DNA of 64,000 bases from an uncultured Methanomicrobiales archaeon (GTDB lineage: Archaea; Halobacteriota; Methanomicrobia; Methanomicrobiales; Methanospirillaceae), in the NCBI GenBank assembly GCA_963697895.1, contig OY969100.1, positions 608,001-672,000 of the forward strand, read 5' to 3'. A program made the position numbers and the translations under genes. Below, piece by piece: positions 51,342-63,007 of this stretch (its first letter is position 1; every line of letters begins with the position of its first letter). Under the pieces are notes generated by a model. That model saw only the letters and a list, made by a program, of their open reading frames with translations, did not search any database and was not told the DNA's origin.

Positions 51342-51403
51342 CTAGGGAACAACCGACTTCCCGTCCGTAAGAACCAAGTTGAGATTTTGTTGCCGGAGAA
51401 AGA

Positions 51404-52522
51404 TCATCCTTTTCTGATAAGATTGGCAACGTAATCCCCCACTGCCCTCGTTCCCGCACTCCCGCCCATATCCTTCGTCACCACGCCGTCGAGGATCGCC
51501 CGGCTGATGGACTTGAGGATCCGTTCTGCTGCTGCATGTTCACCGACATGGTCAAGCAGCATCGATCCTGCCCATATCGTGGCAAATGGATTCGCCACGT
51601 TCAACCCTTTATATTTTGGCGCTGAACCATGGATAGGTTCGAACATCGATATGCCCCCGGGGCTGATATTTCCTCCCGGGGCAAGGCCGAGGCCTCCCTG
51701 TATCATCGCGCCGAGATCGGTGATGATATCCCCGAACATGTTCGGAGTGACCACGACATCGAACCATTCGGGATTCTTCACGAACCACATCGTGATGGCA
51801 TCCACAAAGGCAAATTCCGTGACCACACCGGGATGCCGTCCCGCACATTCCGAGAACACATCCCGCCAGAGCCCGTAGATATCGCTGAGTACATTCGCCT
51901 TATCGACCGATGTAAGTTTCTTTCGCCGTCTTTCTGCCTGTTCGAAGGCATAGGTGATCACCCGCTCCGCCCCTTCCCGGGTGATCACCCCGATCTGGTA
52001 CGCGATCTCATCGGCATCGCTCTCGACGTCGAGCCCAAACCGTATCGTGTACAGGGTGCGGATTATCTCGAGGGTTTTCTGTTCCCGTGAAGAGCGGAAC
52101 CGGGACCCGATCCCGACATAGAAGTCCTCCGTATTTTCCCGGACCACCAGGAAATCGATTTCTGCGGGGGTTTTTCCGGCGAGCGGCGTGCTTACCCCGG
52201 GAAGGAGTTTTATCGGCCGTAAGTTGATGTACTGGTCGAAGTAAAACCGCAGTGCGAGTAGTATCCCTTTCTCCAGAATCCCGGTCCGGACTCGTTCGTC
52301 GCCGATCGCCCCGAAGTAAATGGCATGGAAACGACCGAGCTCCTGCAGTTCCTCCTCGGTGATGAGTTCCCCGCTCGCAAGATACCGATCGGCACCGATC
52401 GGAAAATCCTGCCACTCGATCGTGAAACCGAAGCGGTCAGCCGCAGCATCCAGTACTTTTTTGCCTTCATGGAGAATCTCAGGACCGATCCCATCCCCGC
52501 CTATCGCTGCGATCCGGTACAC
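51404..52522 (-). CDS. leuB: 3-isopropylmalate (beta-hydroxyacid) dehydrogenase
   Basis: [42 protein letters not shown]. Confidence 0.8.
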   Translation of the reverse strand: MYRIAAIGGDGIGPEILHEGKKVLDAAADRFGFTIEWQDFPIGADRYLASGELITEEELQELGRFHAIYFGAIGDERVRTGILEKGILLALRFYFDQYINLRPIKLLPGVSTPLAGKTPAEIDFLVVRENTEDFYVGIGSRFRSSREQKTLEIIRTLYTIRFGLDVESDADEIAYQIGVITREGAERVITYAFEQAERRRKKLTSVDKANVLSDIYGLWRDVFSECAGRHPGVVTEFAFVDAITMWFVKNPEWFDVVVTPNMFGDIITDLGAMIQGGLGLAPGGNISPGGISMFEPIHGSAPKYKGLNVANPFATIWAGSMLLDHVGEHAAAERILKSISRAILDGVVTKDMGGSAGTRAVGDYVANLIRKG

Positions 52523-53001
52523 AGGGGCACCTCCTTCATCCCCTTCGCATATGCGACGAGCCCTCCGGCGTCGATGATCTCCTGAAGAAACGACGGTATC
52601 GGATCGACCCGGTACATGCCGCCATCCGTCTCAACCGTCCCCTTTTCGAGATCGACTGATATCCGGTCCCCATCCCTGATCCCGTCCGCATCTGCGCAGA
52701 CCAGCGGCAGGAGAGCGACGCTGATCGCATTCCGGTAAAATATCCGTGCAAATGACTCTGCGATCACGATATGAACCCCGCACCCGAGGAGAGCGAGCGG
52801 TGCATGCTCCCTCGAGGAACCGCATCCGAAATTACGCCCCCCCACGACAACATCTCCCTCCCTGACATCCCGGGCGAATTCGTCGCGGGTGCCTTCAAAC
52901 GCATGGATGGCAAGATCTTTTGGATCATTGAGTATGAGGAACCGCCCGGGAATGATCGCGTCGGTATCGATATTATCTCCGAATTTCCAGGCCCTCATCA
53001 T
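52501..53001 (-). CDS. leuD: 3-isopropylmalate dehydratase small subunit
   Basis: [32 protein letters not shown]. The loop RFLIL is hydrophobic (IPMI-like, not homoaconitase YLRT). Confidence 0.8.
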   Translation of the reverse strand: MMRAWKFGDNIDTDAIIPGRFLILNDPKDLAIHAFEGTRDEFARDVREGDVVVGGRNFGCGSSREHAPLALLGCGVHIVIAESFARIFYRNAISVALLPLVCADADGIRDGDRISVDLEKGTVETDGGMYRVDPIPSFLQEIIDAGGLVAYAKGMKEVPLCTGSQR

Positions 53002-54254
53002 GCCACCTCGCGTGGATCCGTGATTCTGCCATATATCGCGCTCGCTACGGCCGTTGCAGGGGAACACAGATATACGGACGCCTCCGTACTCCCCTGCCTT
53101 CCCTTGAAGTTCCGGTTGGAGGTGGACAGGGATACTTCGCCCGGTGCGAGGAGGCCAAAAGCCCCCCCCATGCACGGACCGCAGCAGGGTGACTCGACGA
53201 GCGCTCCTGCCTTAACAAACCGCTCGATGAGACCTGCCCGGATTATCTTCAGGTATTCATCCCTGGAAGCGGGGATCATGATCACCCGTACGTCCCCGCT
53301 GAACTGGTGATTCCCCAGCACCTCCGCAGCCTCCCTGAAATCCTCGAACCGGCCGTTCGTGCATGAGCCGATGAAGACCTGATCGATATGCGTTCCCGCG
53401 ACCTCGGTGACGTCCACCCCCTGATCGACATTGTGCGGAATGGCAACCTGCGGGGCGAGATTACTCACGTCATATGACCGCTTACCGATGAATACCGCAT
53501 CCTCGTCGCTCTCCAGTTGAAACGGCGTTACTTCATCCCGCCGCCCTTTCAGATAGTTCCAGGTGGTTTTATCGGGCGCAACGATGCCTGCCTTGCCCCC
53601 CATTTCGATGGCCATGTTGGTGCAGGTCATCCGGCCGGCCATATCCAGGTGAGAAATGGTCTCCCCGGTAAACTCGATCGCCTGGTACGTCGCTCCATCG
53701 GCCCCGATATCGGAGGTAATTGCAAGGATCAGGTCCTTCGCCCCTACCCGGTGCTGAAATTTTCCCCGTACTTCAGCTCGGATCGTCTCCGGCACCCGGA
53801 AATATTGGGCCCCGAATTTGAGGACAAAACCCATATCTGTTGACCCTATACCGGTCGCAAAAGCTCCTGCAGCGCCATACATGCAGGTATGCGAGTCGGC
53901 TCCGACCACGATCTCCCCCGGGGCGACCCACCCTTTCTCCATAACCACCTGGTGGCAGACTCCTTCCCGGATGTCGTAATTATGGATGGACTGTTCCCGG
54001 GCAAATTTTCGCATAAACAACTGATTTTCTGCTGCCGGAATGGAATCGGCCGGTATCTGATGGTCAAAGAGCATGATGATCCTCTTCGGATCAAAGACCT
54101 TATCGCCATCCATCTCCCGAAATTTCTGGATCGCAAGGGGCCCGGTGATATCATGGATCATTGCTGCGTCGACCGGTGCCATCACTACTTCACCGGCATG
54201 AACTTCCTTCCCGCACCTGGATGAAAAGATCTTCTCCGAAATTGTCGCTCCCAT
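52998..54254 (-). CDS. leuC: 3-isopropylmalate dehydratase large subunit
   Basis: HDITGP, GVCHQ, GADSHTC, IGSCTNGR, CGPCMG, STSNRNFKGRQG. Confidence 0.82.
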   Translation of the reverse strand: MGATISEKIFSSRCGKEVHAGEVVMAPVDAAMIHDITGPLAIQKFREMDGDKVFDPKRIIMLFDHQIPADSIPAAENQLFMRKFAREQSIHNYDIREGVCHQVVMEKGWVAPGEIVVGADSHTCMYGAAGAFATGIGSTDMGFVLKFGAQYFRVPETIRAEVRGKFQHRVGAKDLILAITSDIGADGATYQAIEFTGETISHLDMAGRMTCTNMAIEMGGKAGIVAPDKTTWNYLKGRRDEVTPFQLESDEDAVFIGKRSYDVSNLAPQVAIPHNVDQGVDVTEVAGTHIDQVFIGSCTNGRFEDFREAAEVLGNHQFSGDVRVIMIPASRDEYLKIIRAGLIERFVKAGALVESPCCGPCMGGAFGLLAPGEVSLSTSNRNFKGRQGSTEASVYLCSPATAVASAIYGRITDPREVA

Positions 54255-54461
54255 GCACAATCGCATATATAGTCGGTGTCGGAGGTTTTCTAGGTTTGGG
54301 GGGCAGGTTGGATGCACCGTGGCCGGGAAGCCTCACTCAGTTTTGCAGGAAACGTTGGAATTCTTCTTCTTATATGCATCCCATCGAGGCATAATTACCA
54401 ATATTCCCGCAATTAAAGGAAAATATTTAAATTTCGATACCTAACAGGAGGATGATCTATT

Positions 54462-55187
54462 ATGCCAAAGAAGATTCAATTCATCGCTTTTGCCATAGTC
54501 CTTCTCATGGCCATTGTCATATCTCCGGTCATGGCGCAGAACGATACCAAGGACAGGGTGATTACGACATCGGCCACGGGTGAGGTGCTGGTTGCCCCTG
54601 ACATGGCACAGATCTCTGTCGGCGTTCAGACCCAGAGTCCGGATGTCAGGGTGGCTCAGGCGGAAAATGCCATAATAATGGACAATCTGGTGAACGCACT
54701 CCTCGGAGCGGGAATAGCGAAGGATGACATCCAGACGTCCGGATATTCGATCTATCCGGTTTATGAAAGTAACCCGATGGGACTCACCCCGAAGATTCAG
54801 TATTATCAGGTGACGAACACCGTCCAGATCACAGTCCGCGACGTGAACCGTGTCGGTGAAATTATAGATATTGCGGTCTCTAACGGGGCCAATCAGGCAA
54901 ATGGGATCTCTTTTACCTTAAGCGATGAAAAGGCGAGGGCGGTCCGGAATGTTGCGTTGCAGGAGGCGGTTGTACAGGCGAAAGCGGATGCGGATACCGT
55001 CGCCGCTGCAACCGGAGTCCAGATCCTCGGAGTCAGGGATATATCTGTCGGTGCCAGTTACCCGCCGATCAGATACGACAGCTACTCGGCGGCTGGCTCC
55101 GGAATCTCGCAGAAGGTTCCGACACCGATAGAACCGGGCCAGATCACCGAAAGCGCACAGGTCACGATCACCTACCTGATCCAGTAG
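54462..55187 (+). CDS. SIMPL (DUF541) domain secreted protein
   Basis: Signal peptide, GEV..PD.A.ISVGV, YSIYP, GANQ, PIEPG. Confidence 0.88.
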   Translation: MPKKIQFIAFAIVLLMAIVISPVMAQNDTKDRVITTSATGEVLVAPDMAQISVGVQTQSPDVRVAQAENAIIMDNLVNALLGAGIAKDDIQTSGYSIYPVYESNPMGLTPKIQYYQVTNTVQITVRDVNRVGEIIDIAVSNGANQANGISFTLSDEKARAVRNVALQEAVVQAKADADTVAAATGVQILGVRDISVGASYPPIRYDSYSAAGSGISQKVPTPIEPGQITESAQVTITYLIQ

Positions 55188-55309
55188 ACGCCGTGAATCC
55201 TCCTCATTTTTTTTATAAAAAATCCAAAGAAATGTTTTTTCCGGTAATCGGATGGACATATACCAATTTATTTAATGATCGGTGGGGATATGCTATAACG
55301 GACTTATAA

Positions 55310-55762
55310 ATGGAACGAAACATCGGATTTAAAGAACGAAGATATATCGAGGAATTACGCATACTCACGAAATCCATTGCATTGGATTGTGTCATCGACG
55401 AACGGTTTGAAAGAGTGGTATACGTGATTAAAAAAGGGGATATGGGACTGGCGATCGGAAAAAAAGGAGATAATATAAAGCGCATGCAGAATGTCCTCGG
55501 GAAACGCATCGAAATGGTTGAATATTCTGAAGATTTGACCGAATTTATTGAAAATATATTCAAACCTGCCGAGATAACCCGCGTGGAAAAGGACCCGGGA
55601 ACCGGAGAGATCAACGTATACGTGAAGAAAAAAGGGGATCTCGGCATCGCAATCGGCAAGGGCGGTTGTACTATTGAAAAAGCACGGATCCTGGCCAGAC
55701 GATTCGCCGGGGAGGAGATAGGGGAGGTCCTTGTTGCCGGGGAGGATGAGTCAGATGCCTGA
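55310..55762 (+). CDS. nusA: Archaeal NusA (KH domains)
   Basis: DCVID, MGLAIGKKG, GKRIEMVEYS, GIAIGKGG. Confidence 0.9.
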   Translation: MERNIGFKERRYIEELRILTKSIALDCVIDERFERVVYVIKKGDMGLAIGKKGDNIKRMQNVLGKRIEMVEYSEDLTEFIENIFKPAEITRVEKDPGTGEINVYVKKKGDLGIAIGKGGCTIEKARILARRFAGEEIGEVLVAGEDESDA

Positions 55763-56066
55763 CAGGGATATTCTCAATGAAATCTGGGCGGTGATCAATG
55801 ATCGATTCGAACATCCCCAAGAAGGATCCTATATAACTCAGCTTATCGCGGATGAGAAAGGGATTGACCGGATGCTGGAGAAGGTAGGGGAGGAATCGAC
55901 AGAATTTGTCATCGCCGTGAAGAACGGGAGACCTGACCGGATCCGATCAGAAGCGGCGGACCTGCTCTTTCATCTCCTGGTCGCACTCCGTGCATCCGGT
56001 GTAGATATGAAAGATCTTATGGAAGAGCTGGAAAAAAGACGCGGGATGCGTCACCCGAAAAAGTAG
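55755..56066 (+). CDS. hisE: Phosphoribosyl-ATP diphosphatase
   Basis: GSY, EKVGEESTE, EAADLLFHLLV. Confidence 0.93.
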   Translation: MPDRDILNEIWAVINDRFEHPQEGSYITQLIADEKGIDRMLEKVGEESTEFVIAVKNGRPDRIRSEAADLLFHLLVALRASGVDMKDLMEELEKRRGMRHPKK

Positions 56067-56522
56067 CTGTTCAGGTCAACGAGCTCGGGTAGATCGCTTT
56101 TTTTCACGGAAGAACCCTCCACGACCCGCGGATCGATGACGATATCGGCACCATAACGAAGAGCCAGCGCAATACCGTCACTGGGTCTGCAATCGAGCGT
56201 TTCCTCCTGATCTTCACGCATGAGCGAAAGAGTGGCATAATAAATGCCCTCTTCCAAGGTATCGATATACAGACTCCTGAGCTCTGATTCCGAAGGTACC
56301 GAGAAGCTCCACAAACAAGTCATGCGTGAGCGGGCGTGGGGACAACTCACGGTTCAGGGCATTATTGATCGAGATTGCTTCCCAGAGGCCGATGTAAATA
56401 GGAAGACATGCATCGCCATCCAATCCGAGAATCACCGCCGGAGACGCACCGGTATCGTTTAATGCAACAAATACTCCCTGTATCGTACATCGGATCGGGT
56501 CATTGTCCGCGATAAAGGTCAA
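56051..56522 (-). CDS. Bifunctional nuclease (DUF151), frameshift near 56285
   Basis: LPIYIGLWEA, RPLTHDL; then YYATL, DCRPSDGIALA. Confidence 0.85.
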
Positions 56523-56608
56523 CTCCCTTCATCTGGTATATCTCGTTTGTGTTCATATAATGGGTCGCATAATTGCAGATATTCAGGACAACGTGCAGAT
56601 ACCGCTGA

Positions 56609-57180
56609 TCAGAGAGTGAAAATATCACGGGTACCCGTCACCCGGAAGAGTCCCGCCTGAATGCCCGTATCCAGCCAGGCATACCCGTAACTGAAACAGA
56701 ATAATGCGGGGTGAAATCCATCAATCGCCATAAACAGCCTCCCGTACCGGTGAAAAAACTCCGCAGTGGAAAGGAATCTGTCTGCACCCGCATGGAGAGG
56801 AGTCCCGGATTCCGGAGCGATCTCCAGCGAACGGAGAGCGAGATCAAGGAGCCGATCGTACCGCTCCACCTTCTCGGACAGGAATCCGGACTGTTCAGAA
56901 GGTATATGGATTGCGGCGAAGAGGTCGATGGCCCGTTTCCCTGTACACGAAATTAGCCCCAGGCAGTATCCGGCATCCAGCCATCCGAGCCCATATGCCG
57001 CACTTCCAAGGCCGTTTACCCGGTCACCTTTCTCGATAAACAGCCTCCCGTCACTCTCGTATGCCACGGCCATTTCACGGATCCGGCAGGCCGCGTCATA
57101 GAGAAGTGTTCGTTCCTGCACCCGGATTCCGACCGTATCGACCCGGGCCCGGAGTTCCCCGATACAGACATCAGCTGAAC
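56609..57180 (-). CDS. Tandem DUF357 domain protein (start uncertain)
   Basis: [18 protein letters not shown] and [10 protein letters not shown] repeats. Confidence 0.8.
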
Positions 57181-57929
57181 ATAATCCTGCGAACATTTCG
57201 AGATATGCCCGTTCCATGTGATGCAGCCTCCCCGGGATGACCAGGATATGCAGGGGTGGACCGAAATCGATCTGTACTCAGATGGTCTGCAGTTCCTGCA
57301 GCGATGAGTGGCAGAGGGGAGCCCGCCCGCGCGATACCGACGTACAGGGGAATTTCGCATCCCGTTTTCGTTATGTTCTCTTGGATCAATGCAAGCGCCT
57401 CCGGGATCGTCATGTACCGTTCGTCCTGGATATCCAGATAAACGAGCGTATGGAGGTCGATGGAGAGATTCTGTGCGATGACTTCCACGGGAGTCAACGG
57501 GAACCATTTCCCGTGGGGGAACGGGAGGGAACACGATCTGCCGAACCGGTAATTCTGGAGACCCGTAAGACCGCATACCGCCGTCTGTATGGAAGCTCCA
57601 TGGATAATCGTCGTATCTATGCCCTTTTCATGCGCACGCATCCGAAGATCGATATGTGTCGTCGATACCATGGGATCCCCCCCGGTGAGAAATGCGACCA
57701 GGGAATCTTGTGCACAGACTAGCATTTCATCGGGGTTTTGCTCGACATTCTCGCGGGAAAGAACATGGACGGATTTTCCATAAAAGCGTATCATCTCCGG
57801 GAGATCAGTTCCCATAAGACGTGAGGTGTAAGATTCGAGATAGACGCGATCTGCCTGACGAATGCAGAGAAGCCCTTTTTCAGAGATGTCCGTAAGGTCG
57901 TACAGACCAAGACCGATGAAGACGAGCAT
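57171..57929 (-). CDS. dph5: Diphthine synthase, frameshift near 57270
   Basis: [41 protein letters not shown]. The canonical tail [17 protein letters not shown] is in another frame. Confidence 0.9.
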   Translation of the reverse strand: MLVFIGLGLYDLTDISEKGLLCIRQADRVYLESYTSRLMGTDLPEMIRFYGKSVHVLSRENVEQNPDEMLVCAQDSLVAFLTGGDPMVSTTHIDLRMRAHEKGIDTTIIHGASIQTAVCGLTGLQNYRFGRSCSLPFPHGKWFPLTPVEVIAQNLSIDLHTLVYLDIQDERYMTIPEALALIQENITKTGCEIPLYVGIARAGSPLPLIAAGTADHLSTDRFRSTPAYPGHPGEAASHGTGISRNVRRIMFS

Positions 57930-58046
57930 ACCAAATCCCGGGTGTGTTGACGATGTATCCCCGTTAAACGGACCTCACTCCTTCCTCCCGTATGCTTAGG
58001 GAGTAAAAGCAAAGGAATCAGGTAAATCGCCAGGTATATGGTACGA

Positions 58047-59898
58047 TCATGACATCAGGAAGTTTATAAGAGCTCCGATGCCGATGCCCAATGCAACGGT
58101 GTAGAAGGAAACCAGCAACGCAATCCGTAATCCCATTTCCCGTGAAAGGACTGCGACGGTCGATATGCAGGGTATGAACAGGTACAGAAACGATCGCAAA
58201 GATATAGAGCTGAAGCGAGGTCATCACCGTGCTGAGGTCCGCAGTTCCGGAGAGGATTACCAGCGTCTCGAGTGCCATCTCTTTTCGGAAAATACCGAAG
58301 ATAAGTGCTGTTGTTGCATATGGCGGCAGGCCGAGGAGCCATCCTGAAACCGGAGCAAGCATGGCCTGGACCCCGGTGACAACCCCGAAATACTGGAGTG
58401 TCCCGAGCAGGATACTCGTAATAAGGAGGAGCGGCATGGCGATTATAAGGAATTCCCGTATCCGCATCCATGATTTCCGGAGAACATTCCCCGGTTTCGG
58501 GCGCCGGAGCGGAGCCAGCTCGAGGATCATTCCGACCTGTTCGCCGGGGGCGATGCGCCCGAGAACCAACGCGGTCAGTACGATGAGGATAAACACGATG
58601 ATATACACACTGAGAGCCGCGAACAGACCGACAAATGTTGCCAGGATCCCTGCGATGATCACCGCCCTTCCGGAGCAGGGAATGAGTGTCACGAGAAATG
58701 AAGCGATTATTCGTTCACGCCGGGTCGAGAGAAGGCGGATGTTCATGATCGCCGGCACGGTGCATCCGAAACCCAGCACCATGGGGATAATTGCCTGGCC
58801 GTGCAACCCCATCCGGTGCATCGACCGGTCGGCAAGGAATGCCGCACGAGTCAGGTATCCGGAGTCCTCGAGAACGGCGATGAAGATATAGAACGTGAAG
58901 ATGAACGGAAGCGCGATACCGAGCCCTGCCTGGAGTGCGAGAATGACAGAGGTTCCCAGCTGGTCGGCGAACGGGGGCAGGCCCAGAGCGAGAAACGGCT
59001 CAAGGACGAAGACATTGAGTGCCCACACAATGACCTGTTCGAAGTATGAACCGATCAGGAAAACGGCAAGAAGCATCGAGATCAGGATTATGACGAGGAT
59101 AGGAATCCCCGGGAAACTTGACGTCAGAATCGGCTCCAGATCAAACCGGCGGGGGTGCTCGTGTCGATGGAGGGTCTCATCGGTGATAGAACGTGCATAG
59201 TTGTGCCGGTTGATGGCAATGATCTGATCAACCGACATATGATGCCGCTCTTCTATCTTGCGGGAAAGGAGGGAGGCTGCTTCCACCAGTTCCGTATCCG
59301 CGCCGACACCCTGAAGGGCCTGCAAGGCCGCCAGCCTTCCCATCCCATAAGTGGCACCCAGACTCTTCACTGCGGCCTCTATATGGTGATCATAATCAAT
59401 GACGATCGCCGGTCTTTTTGCCCGTTCCCGGGCAGCTGCAATGATCTGGTCGATATTCTGTCCCTGTATCGCAGCAGTCGGGATCACTTCAACTCCCAGC
59501 CGATCGGAAAGCCTTCCATAATCGATCGACAGACCCTGTTTCTCTGCCTCATCGATCATGTTCACCACGACGATCATGGGAAGATCGTATTCTGCGACCT
59601 CCACGAGGAGATACAGGTTCCGCTCCAGGTGCGTGGCATCGATGACTGAGATAATTACATCAGCTTGTTTTTCTTCGAGAAAATGACGCACCAGTTGTTC
59701 TTCCGGGGAAAGACCCTCCAGTGAATAGATGCCCGGGAGGTCTACGAGTTCGAACCGTTCCCGTTTGAAACAGGTACTCCCTGTCGCGAGGCCGACCGTC
59801 GTTCCCGCATAATTGCTCACCTCGACTCCCAGGCCGGTCAGCTGGTTAAAAATAAGTGATTTACCGACATTCGGGTTGCCGACGAGACCGAATTTCAT
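58047..59898 (-). CDS. feoB: Ferrous iron transport protein B, C-terminal frameshift near 58185
   Basis: GNPNVGKS, DLPGIYSL, NMID, LEDSGY, GFGCTVPA, PCS, RKE. The FIPCIST tail is in another frame ending at 58047. Confidence 0.93.
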
Positions 59899-60539
59899 TT
59901 TTGGATCTCCACGAGGATCGATGCGGCAACCGTTGCACCCAGCGCAATATCACACCCCTTGACGAGGACAACAACTGCATTGCTTCCCAGCTTGCGTAAG
60001 AGGCGGATCTTCTCACCTGGGATAATGCCGAGGTCCATCAGGCGTTTCACTTTCCCTCTTCCCCCGGCGATATCCACAACGCAAAGTTCATCCCCCTCGT
60101 TGAAGTCGGTAATACGTCTTACTCCACGGGTTATTGTGTCAACCGGACCCGATCGGATGCACCTGGCTGTAACCGGCCCTTCCAGGTAAGAGCCGAGCCG
60201 GTCTATCGTCTCGTCGGAGATCGAATGCTCGAGGACGCATGCCTCATCAGACGCCTTCTCAGGTTCGACACCGAGTATCTCAGTAAGGAAACACTGGAGA
60301 AGACAATGTTTCCGAATCACCCGTTCTGCAGTCTCAGCACCCGCAGAAGTCAGATCTACCGTTCCTGGGGGAAGGGAGATGAGGTCACCGGTATCCATGA
60401 GTTCGTTAATTTCTTCTGCGACTTTTCCAGAGTCTTCCTTCAGGCATATTGCGATCTCATCGATGGACGGAGCCCTCTGCAGGGAGCGACGGAGTGAGAG
60501 GATCTTCTCCAGATAATCTTCCCGCTCAGAGGGTAGCAT
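59895..60539 (-). CDS. DtxR/MntR-family metal-dependent regulator with FeoA domain
   Basis: EDYLE, RKH.LL..FL, EAC.LEH, RLMDLGIIPG. Confidence 0.9.
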   Translation of the reverse strand: MLPSEREDYLEKILSLRRSLQRAPSIDEIAICLKEDSGKVAEEINELMDTGDLISLPPGTVDLTSAGAETAERVIRKHCLLQCFLTEILGVEPEKASDEACVLEHSISDETIDRLGSYLEGPVTARCIRSGPVDTITRGVRRITDFNEGDELCVVDIAGGRGKVKRLMDLGIIPGEKIRLLRKLGSNAVVVLVKGCDIALGATVAASILVEIQK

Positions 60540-60652
60540 GCATATATATCTGCGATTTCCCTATCTTATGAATTTTGATAGATCCCCTTCTTTTTTCTCT
60601 CAAATCGACGGACGTACCAACCATTATTATCGCCCCGACGCGAATCAGTACC

Positions 60653-62341
60653 ATGGATGTCACCAACAAGCAGGTGGCAGATCTTCTCACCCTTGCAGGC
60701 CAGCTCCTCGAGATAGAGGGGGAGAATGTCTTCAAAATAAGAGCATTTTACCGTGCTGCCGATGTGGTCGATCGGCTGGCATTACCGGTCATCTCGCTCC
60801 AGGAAGAGGAACTTGTCAGGATTCCCGGTATAGGAAAGAATATTTCCCAAAAAATTGGCGAAATACGTGATACGGGAACATTCGCCGAGCTGGAGACATT
60901 GAAGCAGGGAATTCCCGGACCGATCCTTGAACTGCTCAAACTGGAGGGTATTGGCCCGAAAACCGTAAACAAACTGTGGAAAAAACTGAACATACAGAGC
61001 ATCGACGACCTTGAACGGGCTGCAAAAGGACATCGTATCCGGGCGATCAAAGGATTCGGAGAGAAAAAAGAGGCAGGATTCCTCGCTGCAATAGAACGGT
61101 ACCGTGAGCAGGCCGGCCGGATGAACAGATTTGAGGCGGATGAAGTCGTCTCACGCGTGGAGCCGGTAATGCAACCCGGCACATTCGAAGTGGCCGGCAG
61201 TTACCGCCGGGGCAAGAGTACCATCGGCGATATTGATATCGTTTCCAAAGAAACCCCCGGAATTCTGAATCCACGGCTGAGGCAGATCGCGGATGAGATG
61301 ATCGATGAGGGAGACCGGAAGACTTCTTTTCGCTGCCTGGGAAAGCGGGTGGATGTCCGGTTCGCCAGGGCGAAACAATTCGGTTCCATGCTCGTGTATC
61401 TGACGGGGTCGAAGGCGTTTAACATCCGGCTCAGGCAGTTGGCAATCGGGAAAGGGTATAAACTGAACGAGTATGGGATCGAAGAGCAGGCAACCAATAT
61501 CCTCCATGAATTTCCGGAAGAGAAGGATCTTTTTTCTTTTCTGGGACTTGATTATATTCCACCCGAGATCCGGGAAGATTGGGGGGAGGTCGAACGGGCG
61601 ATCCATCACCGGCTCCCGGCACTCATCGAGACAGCCGACATCCGGGGGGACCTGCACGTGCACAGCAACTGGAGTGACGGACAACTCAGCCTGGAAGAGC
61701 TTGCACATACGGGCGCCCTGCTCGGGTACGAATATCTCATCTGTTCGGACCATTCCGCAAGCCTTGGCATCACTCACGGTCTCGATGAAGACGGGGTCAG
61801 GAAACAAATCCAGGAGATAGAACTCATTAACCGGGACTCGGCCTGCAGGCTTCTTTCAGGAACCGAGGTCGATATTCTCAGCGATGGTTCATTGGGACTC
61901 CCTAATGAGATATTAAAGGATCTCGATCTTGTCATCGCATCCGTCCATTCCGGGTTGAAACAGGATCGGGATCAGATGACAAGGAGAGTGATCTCAGCGA
62001 TAGAGAATGAGCATGTGGATATCATTGGTCATCCCACCGGAAGGCTGCTCGGGAAACGGGCGGCTTATGATATCGACCTGCCCCGGGTCATAGAACAGGC
62101 AGCAGACACCGGAACCGCGATCGAGTGCAATGCATCACCGTACCGGTTGGATCTGGATGATGTCTATATCAAACAGGCGATCGAGATGGGCGTGAAGATA
62201 GCGATCGGGACCGATGCCCATAATGCGGCAGAGTTTGCCCAGATCCGGTATGGAATTATAACGGCACGGCGGGGATGGTGCACGAGGGATGATGTGCTCA
62301 ATACGATGACGGAACAGGAGCTCCTTACATGGGCTCATTGA
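60653..62341 (+). CDS. polX: DNA polymerase X with PHP domain
   Basis: HhH IPGIG/EGIGPK, GSYRRGK..GDID, TGSKAFN, LNEYG, PPEIRE, DLHVHS, DHS, HPTGR, TDAH. Confidence 0.94.
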   Translation: MDVTNKQVADLLTLAGQLLEIEGENVFKIRAFYRAADVVDRLALPVISLQEEELVRIPGIGKNISQKIGEIRDTGTFAELETLKQGIPGPILELLKLEGIGPKTVNKLWKKLNIQSIDDLERAAKGHRIRAIKGFGEKKEAGFLAAIERYREQAGRMNRFEADEVVSRVEPVMQPGTFEVAGSYRRGKSTIGDIDIVSKETPGILNPRLRQIADEMIDEGDRKTSFRCLGKRVDVRFARAKQFGSMLVYLTGSKAFNIRLRQLAIGKGYKLNEYGIEEQATNILHEFPEEKDLFSFLGLDYIPPEIREDWGEVERAIHHRLPALIETADIRGDLHVHSNWSDGQLSLEELAHTGALLGYEYLICSDHSASLGITHGLDEDGVRKQIQEIELINRDSACRLLSGTEVDILSDGSLGLPNEILKDLDLVIASVHSGLKQDRDQMTRRVISAIENEHVDIIGHPTGRLLGKRAAYDIDLPRVIEQAADTGTAIECNASPYRLDLDDVYIKQAIEMGVKIAIGTDAHNAAEFAQIRYGIITARRGWCTRDDVLNTMTEQELLTWAH

Positions 62342-62970
62342 TCTACTGGATGTACGAACGGCGGTTGATCGGGCAGCTGACCACCCTTCCCCGGCAGATC
62401 TGTTTCTTCATCACCGCCGGTGATATGAGAGATGCCCCGGGAAAATTACTGGAATGCACCAACTGGTGCCGTGAAATATCCGAAGTGGTTAAAAAAAGGG
62501 CTATAGAAGGGGCTTCATCCGAGATCCTCGGGATCACGTATCATATCAGCACAACTGAACCGGCAGGCCTCGAGCCCTGCCTTCCTCAGATCAGGAAGAT
62601 AGCCTCTGTTGCGCGACTAATTTTGCACATTGGCGACACAGAAGAGATCCGGGGAGACGGGATCCCGGTAACGGTGGCGATCGGGAAGAGTGGGCGGGAC
62701 GAGATCATCGGGTGCATCCGACGGATGGCAGCTGATGGGATCACCCCGGAACAGGTCGATGAAAATCGGATCGAACCTTATCTGACCTTCCCGTACACAC
62801 CGGATCTCGTGATAAAGACCGGGGGGAATCACCTCACTGACTTTCTGATCTGGCAGTCGGTCTATTCCGAACTCTTCTTCCTGGATGTGAACTGGAAGAC
62901 CCTCCGGAAGGTAGATTTCCTTCGTGCCCTCCGGGACTATCAGTCGCGGGTGCGGCGATTCGGTAAATGA
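62329..62970 (+). CDS. cis-prenyltransferase non-catalytic (Nus1-like) subunit
   Basis: PDLVIKTGG.HLTDFLIWQSVYSELFF; no DGN motif; C-terminal RRFG. Confidence 0.85.
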   Translation: MGSLIYWMYERRLIGQLTTLPRQICFFITAGDMRDAPGKLLECTNWCREISEVVKKRAIEGASSEILGITYHISTTEPAGLEPCLPQIRKIASVARLILHIGDTEEIRGDGIPVTVAIGKSGRDEIIGCIRRMAADGITPEQVDENRIEPYLTFPYTPDLVIKTGGNHLTDFLIWQSVYSELFFLDVNWKTLRKVDFLRALRDYQSRVRRFGK

Positions 62971-63007
62971 TCACCCGATGCGTGGATACCCTGAAAGGCC
63001 CGGATCC

